Shown one piece after another: positions 1-9,942 of a stretch of 64,000 nt of DNA (positions within the stretch are counted from its first letter, which is position 1; every line of letters begins with the position of its first letter). Below the pieces are notes generated by a model that was given only the letters and a program-made list of their open reading frames with translations, searched no databases and was not told the DNA's origin. Source of the DNA: Candidatus Poribacteria bacterium (GTDB taxonomy: Bacteria; Poribacteria; WGA-4E; WGA-3G); NCBI GenBank assembly GCA_022394755.1, contig JAGFCA010000028.1, positions 3,237-67,236 of the forward strand. The letters are read 5' to 3'. The translations under genes and the position numbers were made by a program.

Positions 1-3000
1 GAAGATATTACACAAGAAACGTTCCTGAATGCATATCAAAAACTCTCTACGCTAAAGGAACCTCAGCGTTTCTCAAGTTGGCTCTATGTCATAGCAACCA
101 ACCGTTGTAAAGCATGGCTGTGTCAGAAACGTCTATGGACACAACCCTTGGATAAAGTAAGTAGTTCAGAATTAGAAAAAGCAACATATTCTGGACATAT
201 CATAGAAGAGAACAACAAAATGGCCGTGGAGACACAACATGAGGTTGTACAAAAACTACTTGAAAAGTTACAAGAGAGTGACCGGACAGTCATTTCACTC
301 TACTACCTTGGGGAAATGACATACGAGGAAATAAGCGAGTTTTTAGGCGTATCAATAGGTGCAATTAAAAGTCGACTTCACCGAGCAAGACAACGCCTTA
401 AGAAGGAGGAACCTATGATAAGAGAAGAACTTGAGCATTTTCAAATTTCACCTGCCCTCACAGAAAATATCATGCAAGAGATCGCACGACTTAAACCTGC
501 TGCACCTTCTACCAGCAAACCTTTGAACCCATGGGTGATAAGTGCAACAAGTACAGTTTTGATTGTACTAATGCTCGGTATAGGTAGTCAATACGTAGCA
601 CGTTTTCAGCAACCTTATAGTTTGGATGCGCAATCGGAAAGAGCAATTGAACTCATTGACGCGTTTATTGTGGAAAATGTTGACGTCAAACCGGAGTTCC
701 AAAATCAACTGGGAGCACGTTCCGATACGAATGATAAAAAAGGACGGAATGGTCGGAATGGTGAGAAAGCAAATCAGGTTTTAGGTGATAAAGATGATTA
801 CACTCGGTGGAATTTGCCTGAACACGCAAAGCAGCGGCTTGGAAAAGGTACTATAACCGATATGCATCTATCCCCTGATAGTTCCCACCTTGCTATTGTA
901 AGTTCTACCGGCGTATGGCTTTATGATGTTAACTTAGGGACTGAAACTTCCCTATTTAGGAAAGATACAGATTTAATAGGACTTGTCACGTTCTCACCGG
1001 AGGGCAAAACGCTTGTGAGTGCTGGCAGTGACAATATAATCCGAAGTTGGGATGTTGAGAGTGGAAAGCTGCTTATGAAATTCAATAGTCTTAGCGATTC
1101 ACTTTCCTCTTTGAAATTCTTAGATGATGGTAAAACACTTACTGGGACGAATTTGGATGGTACTGCCTGGTTTTGGAACATCGCTACCGGAGAACATCTA
1201 AAAACTTTTCATCCCGGGGTTTTAGATAAAGTAAAAATCAAAGACATACCTTGGCCCCGTGCATTAGATATCTATATTTTACCTACCGGCGTAGTCAAAT
1301 ATGCTATTGGAAACGAGGATGGCACAATCAGCCTGCAAGATGGACGGAGCATACAAGATGGAGGAACCAGTCAAGAGGTACGAACGCTTGTAGCTCGTAC
1401 AAATGATGCAGCATTTTTCAAGTTACTCGAAGAACATCGTGAAAAGGCAAATTTCAGGGTTGTAAGAATTCCTACGGATCCTGAAGAAGATGACGAAAAG
1501 CCATCTCCCACGAACTATAGGGAGGATGGTACACCATTTCCTATACAATACAATTTTCAAAAATACTCTCCATCGCATTTAGATAAACAACCTGTGAAAT
1601 GGGTAAAGGAACTGAAATTTTCACCGGATGGCAAAATGCTTGTGAGTAAGAGTCGTTATCGGATTTCAAAATCAGATGGTTGGTCAGGCGTTGCAGGTCC
1701 TACTGAAATTTGGAATGTTGATACCGGTGAACAGCTGGCAGCACTTCCTGAATACGTCGACGTAAAGTTTTCAGATGATAGCAAAACCCTCGCACTTATA
1801 TCACAGAATGCTTTCACAAGAGGAAACTGCGCAATATGGGATATTGTTAATCAATGTCAAATTGCTGAGTTTTTATCTACATCGTACGTAGAGTTTTCAG
1901 GTGATGGCAAAACCCTTAATATAAGAAAAGGTGACAGATATGATAGAAACTGGAATCTTATAGAAAGGGCAAGTTATACAATATGGGATATTGACACCCA
2001 AAGTGAAATTACCTCTCTTACTTTGGATGAATATCCGTTTTTACTTTTGTCTAAAAACCATCTGTTTTCTCAAGATGGAACAGTTCTTGTAACTGAGAAT
2101 CAAATTGGCACAGTAGATGTGTGGGACATAAAAAAGAGGGCACAGCCACGAGCCCTTACTAAAGACTACGCTCAAAAGATTACTACGTTGGCGTTTACCC
2201 ATGACGGCAAAACCTTAGCAAGCGGAGGTGACGGTAGTATCCAATTATGGGATACAGACAGTGGCGACAAATTGACTGCAATTAGTACGGGCAAAAACAA
2301 CATTGACGGTTTAACCTTTGCCAGAGACAATAATATCTTAAATGCTGTAGGATTCGCTTCCACCGTTCAGTGGGATGTCACCAGTGGAACCCTGATTAGT
2401 GCTAACACTATTCCGATTAGCTTGATAGGTCCTGGAGGAATCCAAACTTCTTGGGACGATGGAACATCATTTACATTCCCTATATATGTATATTCTCCAA
2501 ATTTCAGAACACTGGCTGCTAAAAATAGAACAAAGAATAAAAACAGTAAGATTGAGTTGTGGAATGTTACCACCCGTAAACATCTATGTAGTCTTACAGA
2601 AAAGGCGTATCAATCGGCTAAGGGAACTATGGCACTAACCCCAGATGGAAGCATCCTCGCAACCGATAATCGAACAGGTAAAGTGTTCTTGTGGGACACG
2701 CACACCGACAAACGAATTGCCACGCTCAATACACACGAAAATTTGATAAAAAAAGTGTTATTGGGAAGTCCTGGTATTTATGCTATGATATTTGATCCCG
2801 ATGGAAAAAACTTGGCAATCGGAATTGGAGATAAGGAGATCCAATTGTGGGAGATTAACGCTCAAAAATGTGTTAGAACCTTCAAAGCACTACATAAATA
2901 TGCAATCTGCAAATTGGCATTCTCGCCGGATGGCTCTCTTCTCGCGAGTGGAGATACGGGAGGTGAAATTCACTTATGGGAGGTGACCACTGGCACGCAT

Positions 3001-3126
3001 CTTGCCTCTTATGTAGGACATAAAGGTAATATCGGGGCTTTAGTGTTTTCCAAAGATAGGGAACTACTTGCGAGCACAAGCAGCCTTGATGGCACCGTCC
3101 TCTTGTGGGATGTGCCATTGAAATAG
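1..3126 (+). CDS. ECF sigma-70 factor fused to a TM helix and WD40 beta-propeller repeats (5'-partial)
   Basis: Frame is open from base 1 (EDITQETFLNAYQKLSTLKEPQRFSSWLYVIATNRC = sigma region 2). Region 4 LYYLGEMTYEEISEFLGVSIGAIKSRLHRAR, hydrophobic WVISATSTVLIVLMLGIG, then many WD40 units (FSPDGxxLASG...IxLWD). Confidence 0.9.
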   Translation, partial: EDITQETFLNAYQKLSTLKEPQRFSSWLYVIATNRCKAWLCQKRLWTQPLDKVSSSELEKATYSGHIIEENNKMAVETQHEVVQKLLEKLQESDRTVISLYYLGEMTYEEISEFLGVSIGAIKSRLHRARQRLKKEEPMIREELEHFQISPALTENIMQEIARLKPAAPSTSKPLNPWVISATSTVLIVLMLGIGSQYVARFQQPYSLDAQSERAIELIDAFIVENVDVKPEFQNQLGARSDTNDKKGRNGRNGEKANQVLGDKDDYTRWNLPEHAKQRLGKGTITDMHLSPDSSHLAIVSSTGVWLYDVNLGTETSLFRKDTDLIGLVTFSPEGKTLVSAGSDNIIRSWDVESGKLLMKFNSLSDSLSSLKFLDDGKTLTGTNLDGTAWFWNIATGEHLKTFHPGVLDKVKIKDIPWPRALDIYILPTGVVKYAIGNEDGTISLQDGRSIQDGGTSQEVRTLVARTNDAAFFKLLEEHREKANFRVVRIPTDPEEDDEKPSPTNYREDGTPFPIQYNFQKYSPSHLDKQPVKWVKELKFSPDGKMLVSKSRYRISKSDGWSGVAGPTEIWNVDTGEQLAALPEYVDVKFSDDSKTLALISQNAFTRGNCAIWDIVNQCQIAEFLSTSYVEFSGDGKTLNIRKGDRYDRNWNLIERASYTIWDIDTQSEITSLTLDEYPFLLLSKNHLFSQDGTVLVTENQIGTVDVWDIKKRAQPRALTKDYAQKITTLAFTHDGKTLASGGDGSIQLWDTDSGDKLTAISTGKNNIDGLTFARDNNILNAVGFASTVQWDVTSGTLISANTIPISLIGPGGIQTSWDDGTSFTFPIYVYSPNFRTLAAKNRTKNKNSKIELWNVTTRKHLCSLTEKAYQSAKGTMALTPDGSILATDNRTGKVFLWDTHTDKRIATLNTHENLIKKVLLGSPGIYAMIFDPDGKNLAIGIGDKEIQLWEINAQKCVRTFKALHKYAICKLAFSPDGSLLASGDTGGEIHLWEVTTGTHLASYVGHKGNIGALVFSKDRELLASTSSLDGTVLLWDVPLK

Positions 3127-3363
3127 TTAAAACAATACTTCAACAGAATTGTTACTTCATTATCTGGTCATTTATAGTAAAATCCGATAATATGTTCATA
3201 TTTCAATGAGTAACAATTCCTACACTCGCGTTGGCGAGGTGGAAATGCCTAAAGACAAATTCCTAACCGAATTGGTTTTTGATATGTCTCTTAGATACTA
3301 TTTCGGAAGCCGCATCTACTGGAGTGATGCACCATCCTACCGAAGAGAAGTTTCATTATCCAA

Positions 3364-6300
3364 TTACAATTCTGCACTTACAGTCATCTCTAACCGGTGT
3401 TCAGGTTTACGCTGTTTTGTTGAAAGAAGACGATAATTGAATCTGAATAATAGGTCCGTGAATTTACGCAACTTATAATCCACTGAGGTACGAACATCAT
3501 GACTTACTCCTTCATAAAAATAGTATTGAGCAAATGGAATACCTCCATCGCTTTTACCATAACCAAGTTTGTGGTTAATTTCAATCCGTCCTTTTCCAAA
3601 AATACTATAAATAAACTGATTCTCAAAGGAGAACGTCCGTGTCTTTGCATCAGGCTCTTCATCCAGTTGTTCTGTGTCAATTGTACGATTATATCCACCG
3701 ACACCACTCCACCGTATTGCGCGACTGATTTCATACTGTAGCTTCAATTCCGTTGTCCTCTCATATTGGTGTAGATCGGAAATTGGTATAGGTGGTAGAT
3801 CATCAACATCCGTGTTAGGATCCTCGTCTACATTTATCTCATCAAATTCAGAAAGATTAAGCTGACTATACCTCTCTTCTTCTCTACGTTGTTCCCAGTT
3901 TGCACCAATAGAGAGACGTTTCGTTGGATTTAAAGAGAAAGCAATATCCCAGGTACGGTAGTTCCTATGTCTTTCCTGTGTATTGATCCTTCTATTGAGT
4001 GAACGTCCGGTCCGGAAATTCACCTCAAAACTGAACCGTGGTGACGGGGAGATTTCCATGCGATGATGTTGGTTGATACGTCCAAAGAGTGTTTGTGAAT
4101 CTTGTAGATCTTGAAGCAGGTAAAGTGAAATTGCGTCTTCTGCTTCCTGTTCTTCTGTTAACCATAGACGTGTTTGTATTCTCAACGCGTTAAGAAACCA
4201 TGTGAATAGGTTATGTTTATTATCTACCTGTTTTGGTGTGTTTGCAGGAGTTGTTGGTGTCCGCAAGTTTTGTTCTATAGACTGTGTTCTGATGGTGTTG
4301 ATTTGGTTTCTGGCGCGGCGGGCAAGGAACAGACGTGGTTGAAGTCGTAATCGAAACGAAGCATCTACAGCAGTAGTAGGTTTATCACCGACATTTTGAT
4401 ATATTTTAATATATGTTCCCTCTTGTGTATCTTCCACATATCTTAGGTCATCCAGTCTAACATAGAAACCTTCACCGGGTTGGATCCGATGTCCTGTGAG
4501 AGGATGAATATCCGTATAGAATTCACGACGTTGGGTTGTGAGTTTTTTATCTAATTCATAGGTAATTTCAGCATCAACTGCACGATTGAATGGTGTGAAA
4601 TGGAGTGTTGTATCTGCCAATTGTGTAGTGGTATCTGTACCGAGATTGGAATGTGCTTTTACCATGCGTCGTGCGAGGTTTGTTTTTAGATTTACCCACT
4701 GTGCTTGTTGTGAAAAAAGCCCTACCTTCCATGTACGTGCTGTCGTAGCACGCATCCAATCAGAAATCCCCAAATATTCATCATCAAGGTTCAATAAGGG
4801 TTCTTTAGCATGTGTCTGTTCCAATTCGTAGCTTGTATTCATAGAAACCCATTTGAATTCAACAAGGTTAATGCTCCCCGAAGATCGGTTTCGTCTACGA
4901 TTTCGTGATGCAGTATAATCATCAATTGAGGTAAATCTATTAGATGTTCCAAGAAATTCAAAAGGTGAAAGCAGATAGGATAAACTCCCCTCTTGTCGTG
5001 ATTTCTGTATATTCTCATCTATACCCGTATCTACACTATTTTCCTCTATAATAGATGTGCTTTGATAGTTATTCCAACGGATGTTCGGCAATCTTCTTAG
5101 AAACGGTGTTTTTTCAGCAGGTTTATTAGTAGCACTGTTATCTATCGTAGTCGGGCTTCGTACGGAATCTGGTTGAAATGTGGTTCTATTAAAACCCGTT
5201 CCCCGAGTAAATATAGGTAAATTTGTACTTCCACTGCTTGAACGAGGTGTAAAGTTTGCCCCCCAATTAAAGTTATTTTTCAGTGTTGTCGGTCCTTCCT
5301 TCACTTCTTCAACAGATCTACCACCACCCAAAGCGAATTGCAGCCATTGATAGGGAAGTAGTTTAAAATCAAGGTTTAAGGTTTTCTCATCATTTGCTTG
5401 TGAAATCACACCTGGATCAAACAGTAATGCATCCTCAAAACCTTCAGTGGCGTATTGTGTTCCATACCGATCTCTATTTCTGTTGCTGCTTGATGCCCCA
5501 ACAGGTAGAAAATTAGCATCCATAGCTCGGACATCAATATTTCCAATTAGTTTTGGCTTAAACTTCTTAGACCATGTTGGAATTTCCCATCCTGTATAAC
5601 CGATAAGTTTCCATGCTTGATACAGATCTTTTCTGTCATTAGTGGAGTATGTATTCTTATCAATACCACTAAATGCCATTTCACAGTTGATCCAAGTCTG
5701 TTCAGTAAGGTTAAGTCGACTCTCCAATCCCCAGACAGTATGTTTTTGTGGTGGTGTAAGTAGGAAACCATCTCCATCAGGATCAAGCGTATTTTCACGG
5801 AGTGCCTGCAGATCCTCATCATCAAAAAGAACTAATGCCTGTTCAGGATCATCAATATCCGCTTCCACTGCGTAAGATGCCCCAAATGACAACCATTCCC
5901 TTGGAAGCGTAAACACACTATTGAGACCGTATAAATTTTGTTGATAGATACGATCTTCTGGTATATATTCAAAATCAACGCGGATGACATCGTTGCTTGT
6001 GATAAGATGTTTACTGTTAAATTCTATGATGGGATCACCGTATTCGCGTATGATGTAATCATTGTTTTCACCGCGTCGCATCTTCTCCCCGTTTAGCCAA
6101 ACGATTTCACTTCCAGCTTTAACAATAACAAACCTATCATCTACATTAAGCCTGTATTCACTACGTCCTTCTTCACCCCGAATAACTTTGCTTGTAGATT
6201 GTCCTTTTGGAAGTGCACTTGGGATAAGATGGAATTTCCCCCAATCGAAATCTCCTTCAACCTTAACACCTTCTAAAGCACGTGGAAAAAATATAAATTC

Positions 6301-7089
6301 TGATGGACCTAAAGATGCGTCAAAATCTCCTAATGTCCCTATCACGTTAGGATGTGTAATTCGAATTAATTTTTGGTTAATATCCTGAATATCCTCCGTC
6401 ATTCCTTCAGGTTGAATAGGTAAGTCCTGATCAGACAATATAGCCAAAACTTGTATATTATCTGAGACATTTCCTCTGACATTGATACGGAATTCTTGGT
6501 TTTGTGATAATGCGCGACCACTACCAACAGAAATTCCGAAAGTACGACTACCAGAATACTCTAACTGTGATGGTGTATTTGAAGATGATGAACTTGGAAC
6601 GGCTGGAGAAGTTTTTGGTTGGTTTACTAAATCAGGAGAAGAATCCTCTTTCTGTTCTTGTGCAGTCACATCCGATAGAGGATTCTTAAAGATGTCACGT
6701 TTGTATATCTTTAGAATATTGAAAGGTAAGGAACGATAGGTGATTATCCACTCGAAGACCTTCTGTTCGTCGATACTTTTATCGAAAGTAATGCTCCCTG
6801 ATGCGTAATCAATTTTGTAATCTTTCCTTCTTTCAAGTATGTCTCCGTTAATATTACGGATCTCTTCACTGTTTTCGACTATAGGAGGATGTTTGAGAGT
6901 CCATACCAGTTTATCTGGATCAATTTTTATTTTTTCTGTTTTATTAATAATGGAGAAAGTAGGTAATTTTAGTGAGGAATCTTGATTTTGAGATTCTGTT
7001 TGTGTGTAAGCACTGTTTATCAAAGAAAAAAAGAGGATTGTAATAAAGAAAACAGGTAAAGAAAGTAGAAATCTTGTAAACCCTTTCAT
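3364..7089 (-). CDS. Very large putative outer-membrane beta-barrel protein with SprA-like motifs
   Basis: 1262-aa ORF; likely start MKGFTRF with signal peptide. Motif GSExVxLNGxxxxRGxxxDYxIxY occurs twice; alternating beta-strand pattern; ends in beta-signal-like LEMTVSAEL. Confidence 0.65.
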   Translation of the reverse strand: MKGFTRFLLSLPVFFITILFFSLINSAYTQTESQNQDSSLKLPTFSIINKTEKIKIDPDKLVWTLKHPPIVENSEEIRNINGDILERRKDYKIDYASGSITFDKSIDEQKVFEWIITYRSLPFNILKIYKRDIFKNPLSDVTAQEQKEDSSPDLVNQPKTSPAVPSSSSSNTPSQLEYSGSRTFGISVGSGRALSQNQEFRINVRGNVSDNIQVLAILSDQDLPIQPEGMTEDIQDINQKLIRITHPNVIGTLGDFDASLGPSEFIFFPRALEGVKVEGDFDWGKFHLIPSALPKGQSTSKVIRGEEGRSEYRLNVDDRFVIVKAGSEIVWLNGEKMRRGENNDYIIREYGDPIIEFNSKHLITSNDVIRVDFEYIPEDRIYQQNLYGLNSVFTLPREWLSFGASYAVEADIDDPEQALVLFDDEDLQALRENTLDPDGDGFLLTPPQKHTVWGLESRLNLTEQTWINCEMAFSGIDKNTYSTNDRKDLYQAWKLIGYTGWEIPTWSKKFKPKLIGNIDVRAMDANFLPVGASSSNRNRDRYGTQYATEGFEDALLFDPGVISQANDEKTLNLDFKLLPYQWLQFALGGGRSVEEVKEGPTTLKNNFNWGANFTPRSSSGSTNLPIFTRGTGFNRTTFQPDSVRSPTTIDNSATNKPAEKTPFLRRLPNIRWNNYQSTSIIEENSVDTGIDENIQKSRQEGSLSYLLSPFEFLGTSNRFTSIDDYTASRNRRRNRSSGSINLVEFKWVSMNTSYELEQTHAKEPLLNLDDEYLGISDWMRATTARTWKVGLFSQQAQWVNLKTNLARRMVKAHSNLGTDTTTQLADTTLHFTPFNRAVDAEITYELDKKLTTQRREFYTDIHPLTGHRIQPGEGFYVRLDDLRYVEDTQEGTYIKIYQNVGDKPTTAVDASFRLRLQPRLFLARRARNQINTIRTQSIEQNLRTPTTPANTPKQVDNKHNLFTWFLNALRIQTRLWLTEEQEAEDAISLYLLQDLQDSQTLFGRINQHHRMEISPSPRFSFEVNFRTGRSLNRRINTQERHRNYRTWDIAFSLNPTKRLSIGANWEQRREEERYSQLNLSEFDEINVDEDPNTDVDDLPPIPISDLHQYERTTELKLQYEISRAIRWSGVGGYNRTIDTEQLDEEPDAKTRTFSFENQFIYSIFGKGRIEINHKLGYGKSDGGIPFAQYYFYEGVSHDVRTSVDYKLRKFTDLLFRFNYRLLSTKQRKPEHRLEMTVSAEL

Positions 7090-7132
7090 TCTTCTACCTT
7101 TCCATTGTTGTATCCTTCCAATCCTGTATATC

Positions 7133-8302
7133 TTATTCTGCTTTATTCGCATCTGATGTAGAATTCATCTTGTAAATCACATTGAAGACTTTAATATCTC
7201 CTGCATCCGTATCACTAACATATACTTGTCCGTTATCAGAGACAGCTATTCCGCAAGGGTTCAATAATGAATTTATAGTGAAATCAATGATAACATCACC
7301 TTCTTCGGTAAAGATCTGAATTCGTCTATTTCCACTATCTGTGACATACAGATAATTCCATTGGTCTGTTGTAATCCTTTTTGGTTCAATAAACTGTCCA
7401 AGACCACTTCCCTTCTCACCCCATGTCCGTATAGGATTTCCGCTAAAATCGAAACTTTTTATACTATGATTGCCTGTATCAACTACATACATAGTGCCAT
7501 GAGGATTTACAGTAATGTCAGTGGGATTCCAGAACTGTTCTCGGCTACTTCCAAAACTTCCCATTGTCATAACAGGCGCGAGGTTTCTATTGAATTGTAT
7601 CCAACGGTGATTTAAGGTATCAATTACAAAAACTTCACCATTTCGTCCAATACCAATTCCCTCAGGTGCATCAAATTGGATATCTTGTGTTGTATTGGAA
7701 ATAGGATAAAAAATTTGACTCAGTAAATTGCAGAACTGAACTCTATTATTCCCTGTATCGGCAACATAGAGCGTATCAAAACTGAGCGCAACATCATTTG
7801 GAAAATCAAACTCACCCTCTCGCCATCCATGGCTTCCTAATTCATTAACAAAGTGTCCATCCTTATCAATAATTTGTATTCTATTATTTCCTGCATCAGC
7901 GACATATAGTTGTTCATAGGCATCAATAATTAGTCCCATAGGATTTAGAAATTCCCCCGGTGCTTGTCCAATTCTCCCGATTGTTTTCATATAGTTTACA
8001 GCTAAAATCGGTGGAGCGTTGCGTCTTCGTATTGATGGGACAAAGTCAACATTAGGTATCGTTGTTTCTGATATGGGTGTGTTATTAGATTCTGGAATAG
8101 CGCAGCTCATAGTATAGAAAAGCATCGCTATGAGGACGAATCTTTTTGAAGTGAAAATCAAAAAAGACGTTATTGTGTATAACCTATTCGTGAATGTGAA
8201 ACTATTGTTTTGTTTTAGGACACGATTACATCCGTTGCATCCTAAATTTAAAAACAAACGTTGTTTGATCACCATTGAATTCACTCGTAACTCGGGGAAC
8301 AA
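7133..8302 (-). CDS. NHL-repeat beta-propeller protein (probable lipoprotein; true start likely downstream)
   Basis: About six G-x-F-x-x-P-x-(G/D)-I ... YVADTGNxRIQ repeats. Confidence 0.85.
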   Translation of the reverse strand: MFPELRVNSMVIKQRLFLNLGCNGCNRVLKQNNSFTFTNRLYTITSFLIFTSKRFVLIAMLFYTMSCAIPESNNTPISETTIPNVDFVPSIRRRNAPPILAVNYMKTIGRIGQAPGEFLNPMGLIIDAYEQLYVADAGNNRIQIIDKDGHFVNELGSHGWREGEFDFPNDVALSFDTLYVADTGNNRVQFCNLLSQIFYPISNTTQDIQFDAPEGIGIGRNGEVFVIDTLNHRWIQFNRNLAPVMTMGSFGSSREQFWNPTDITVNPHGTMYVVDTGNHSIKSFDFSGNPIRTWGEKGSGLGQFIEPKRITTDQWNYLYVTDSGNRRIQIFTEEGDVIIDFTINSLLNPCGIAVSDNGQVYVSDTDAGDIKVFNVIYKMNSTSDANKAE

Positions 8303-8903
8303 TGATCCTTAGGTTTTTCGATTTATTACTCCGTTTTTTAAAATAAACAAAGAATCTGTGTGTGTTTTTCGGCATAATGTTTGTTTTTTTCAAATCTTCA
8401 GTTGGTAGAACTGCCGGATCACCTTGTACACGAATTGTCTTATCCCATCGAAAAACATCTGCTGCGAATTCTGGGGGTAATTTTGGTTTAAAAGACTTTT
8501 TAAAGTAGAAAGAGTGTTGTGATTTATCTATCTGTTTTACGATTTCACCTGATTGGTCAAGCATCTGGCAATCTTCTTTTATTAGACTAACCCAGTGATT
8601 TGTTCTGTTGTGAAGAATGATAGCGAATCCATCAAGATTCTTTACATCGTGGAGAGGAACGGCAATTGCGACGATACCATTTTTGGCATAAATTACAGCC
8701 CCTGTTTGAGGCGTAATATGTGCATCTGGATCAAAAACTGGAACAAGTCGTTCAGGTCTTAAAAAATCATTAATACTATCTGTAAAGGATGCACAGCCTG
8801 TTAAAGTAGTGGAAATAGTTAATATAATTAACATCGTGGAAATATACATTCCAATATTAGATAACTTGTGTCCAGAATTCATCGTTTTACAAAAACACCT
8901 CAT
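8226..8903 (-). CDS. Hypothetical lipoprotein
   Basis: Hydrophobic N-terminus ending in lipobox LTGC; co-oriented in the operon. Confidence 0.7.
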   Translation of the reverse strand: MRCFCKTMNSGHKLSNIGMYISTMLIILTISTTLTGCASFTDSINDFLRPERLVPVFDPDAHITPQTGAVIYAKNGIVAIAVPLHDVKNLDGFAIILHNRTNHWVSLIKEDCQMLDQSGEIVKQIDKSQHSFYFKKSFKPKLPPEFAADVFRWDKTIRVQGDPAVLPTEDLKKTNIMPKNTHRFFVYFKKRSNKSKNLRIIVPRVTSEFNGDQTTFVFKFRMQRM

Positions 8904-8976
8904 TTGATAGTGTTCCTCCTAAAATGTCTTAAATAAATCAGTTGTCAGTAGTCTATTAGAATAATGTGATCCTATT

Positions 8977-9927
8977 CTAATATGCTAACATCGCTGCCCC
9001 CACAAGTCCTGCTTGATTCCCTAATTTTGCAGGAACAATCTCCATGTTACTGGGTATATCCATTGTCCGTTGTTTAAATTCTCTCCGAATATGTTGAAAC
9101 AGTAAACTTTCCCCTGCAGCTGCGATTCCACCACCGATGATAGCAATCTGTGGGTTTAGAATGTGTGCGATTGATGTAAGAGCGATTCCAATGTATCTTC
9201 CTGTCTCAGAATAAATTTGTACAGCCAGTTCATCTCCATCGTTTGCGGCATTCGCAATCTGTTTCGGTGTTAAACTATCAGGATTCAAAGATGTTTTCAT
9301 ATCTTCTGCTATCCGTTGCTGTGTTCTTTCAATAATCCCTTTTGCCCCTGCGTATGCCTCAAGACATCCGAAATTACCGCATCCACACTTACGACCATTT
9401 GGTTGCACAATTGTATGTCCCAATTCACCTGCAGTATTCCAACTTCCGTGGTATACCTGTCTGTTAATAACGACACCTCCCCCAACCCCGGTACCGAGAG
9501 TGAGAGCAATAACATTCTCATATCCTATCCCAGCCCCGTGGTGCAACTCCCCTAATATCATCACGTTTACATCATTATCAATATATAGTGGTAGATCTAT
9601 ATCATCAAGTTCGGTTGATACATAATCCAGTAATGGAATATCTGTCCATCCAGGAAAATTTGGCGAAAAATGTATAATCCCGGAATTTGCGATGATGAGT
9701 CCTGGGGCTCCTATGCCGATTCCAATAATCTTCTTATTTTTTTCAGAATCAGATTCTACGGTATTTATGATCTTTCTGGCAGTTTCTGCAATACGAGTAG
9801 CTATAGGTTTTGCTCCCTCATCTACTTGCGTTGAAACAACCATTCGACAAGAAAGAGAACCGTCTTCACATAATAACCCTGCTTTAATGTCTGTTCCGCC
9901 AAGATCAATACCTATACTATAATTCAT
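8977..9927 (-). CDS. glk: ROK-family glucokinase
   Basis: IGIDLGGT, DNDVN, LGTGVGGG, GELGH and CGCGNFGCLEAY motifs. Confidence 0.9.
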   Translation of the reverse strand: MNYSIGIDLGGTDIKAGLLCEDGSLSCRMVVSTQVDEGAKPIATRIAETARKIINTVESDSEKNKKIIGIGIGAPGLIIANSGIIHFSPNFPGWTDIPLLDYVSTELDDIDLPLYIDNDVNVMILGELHHGAGIGYENVIALTLGTGVGGGVVINRQVYHGSWNTAGELGHTIVQPNGRKCGCGNFGCLEAYAGAKGIIERTQQRIAEDMKTSLNPDSLTPKQIANAANDGDELAVQIYSETGRYIGIALTSIAHILNPQIAIIGGGIAAAGESLLFQHIRREFKQRTMDIPSNMEIVPAKLGNQAGLVGAAMLAY

Positions 9928-9942
9928 AGTGGTTGTTTGTTA

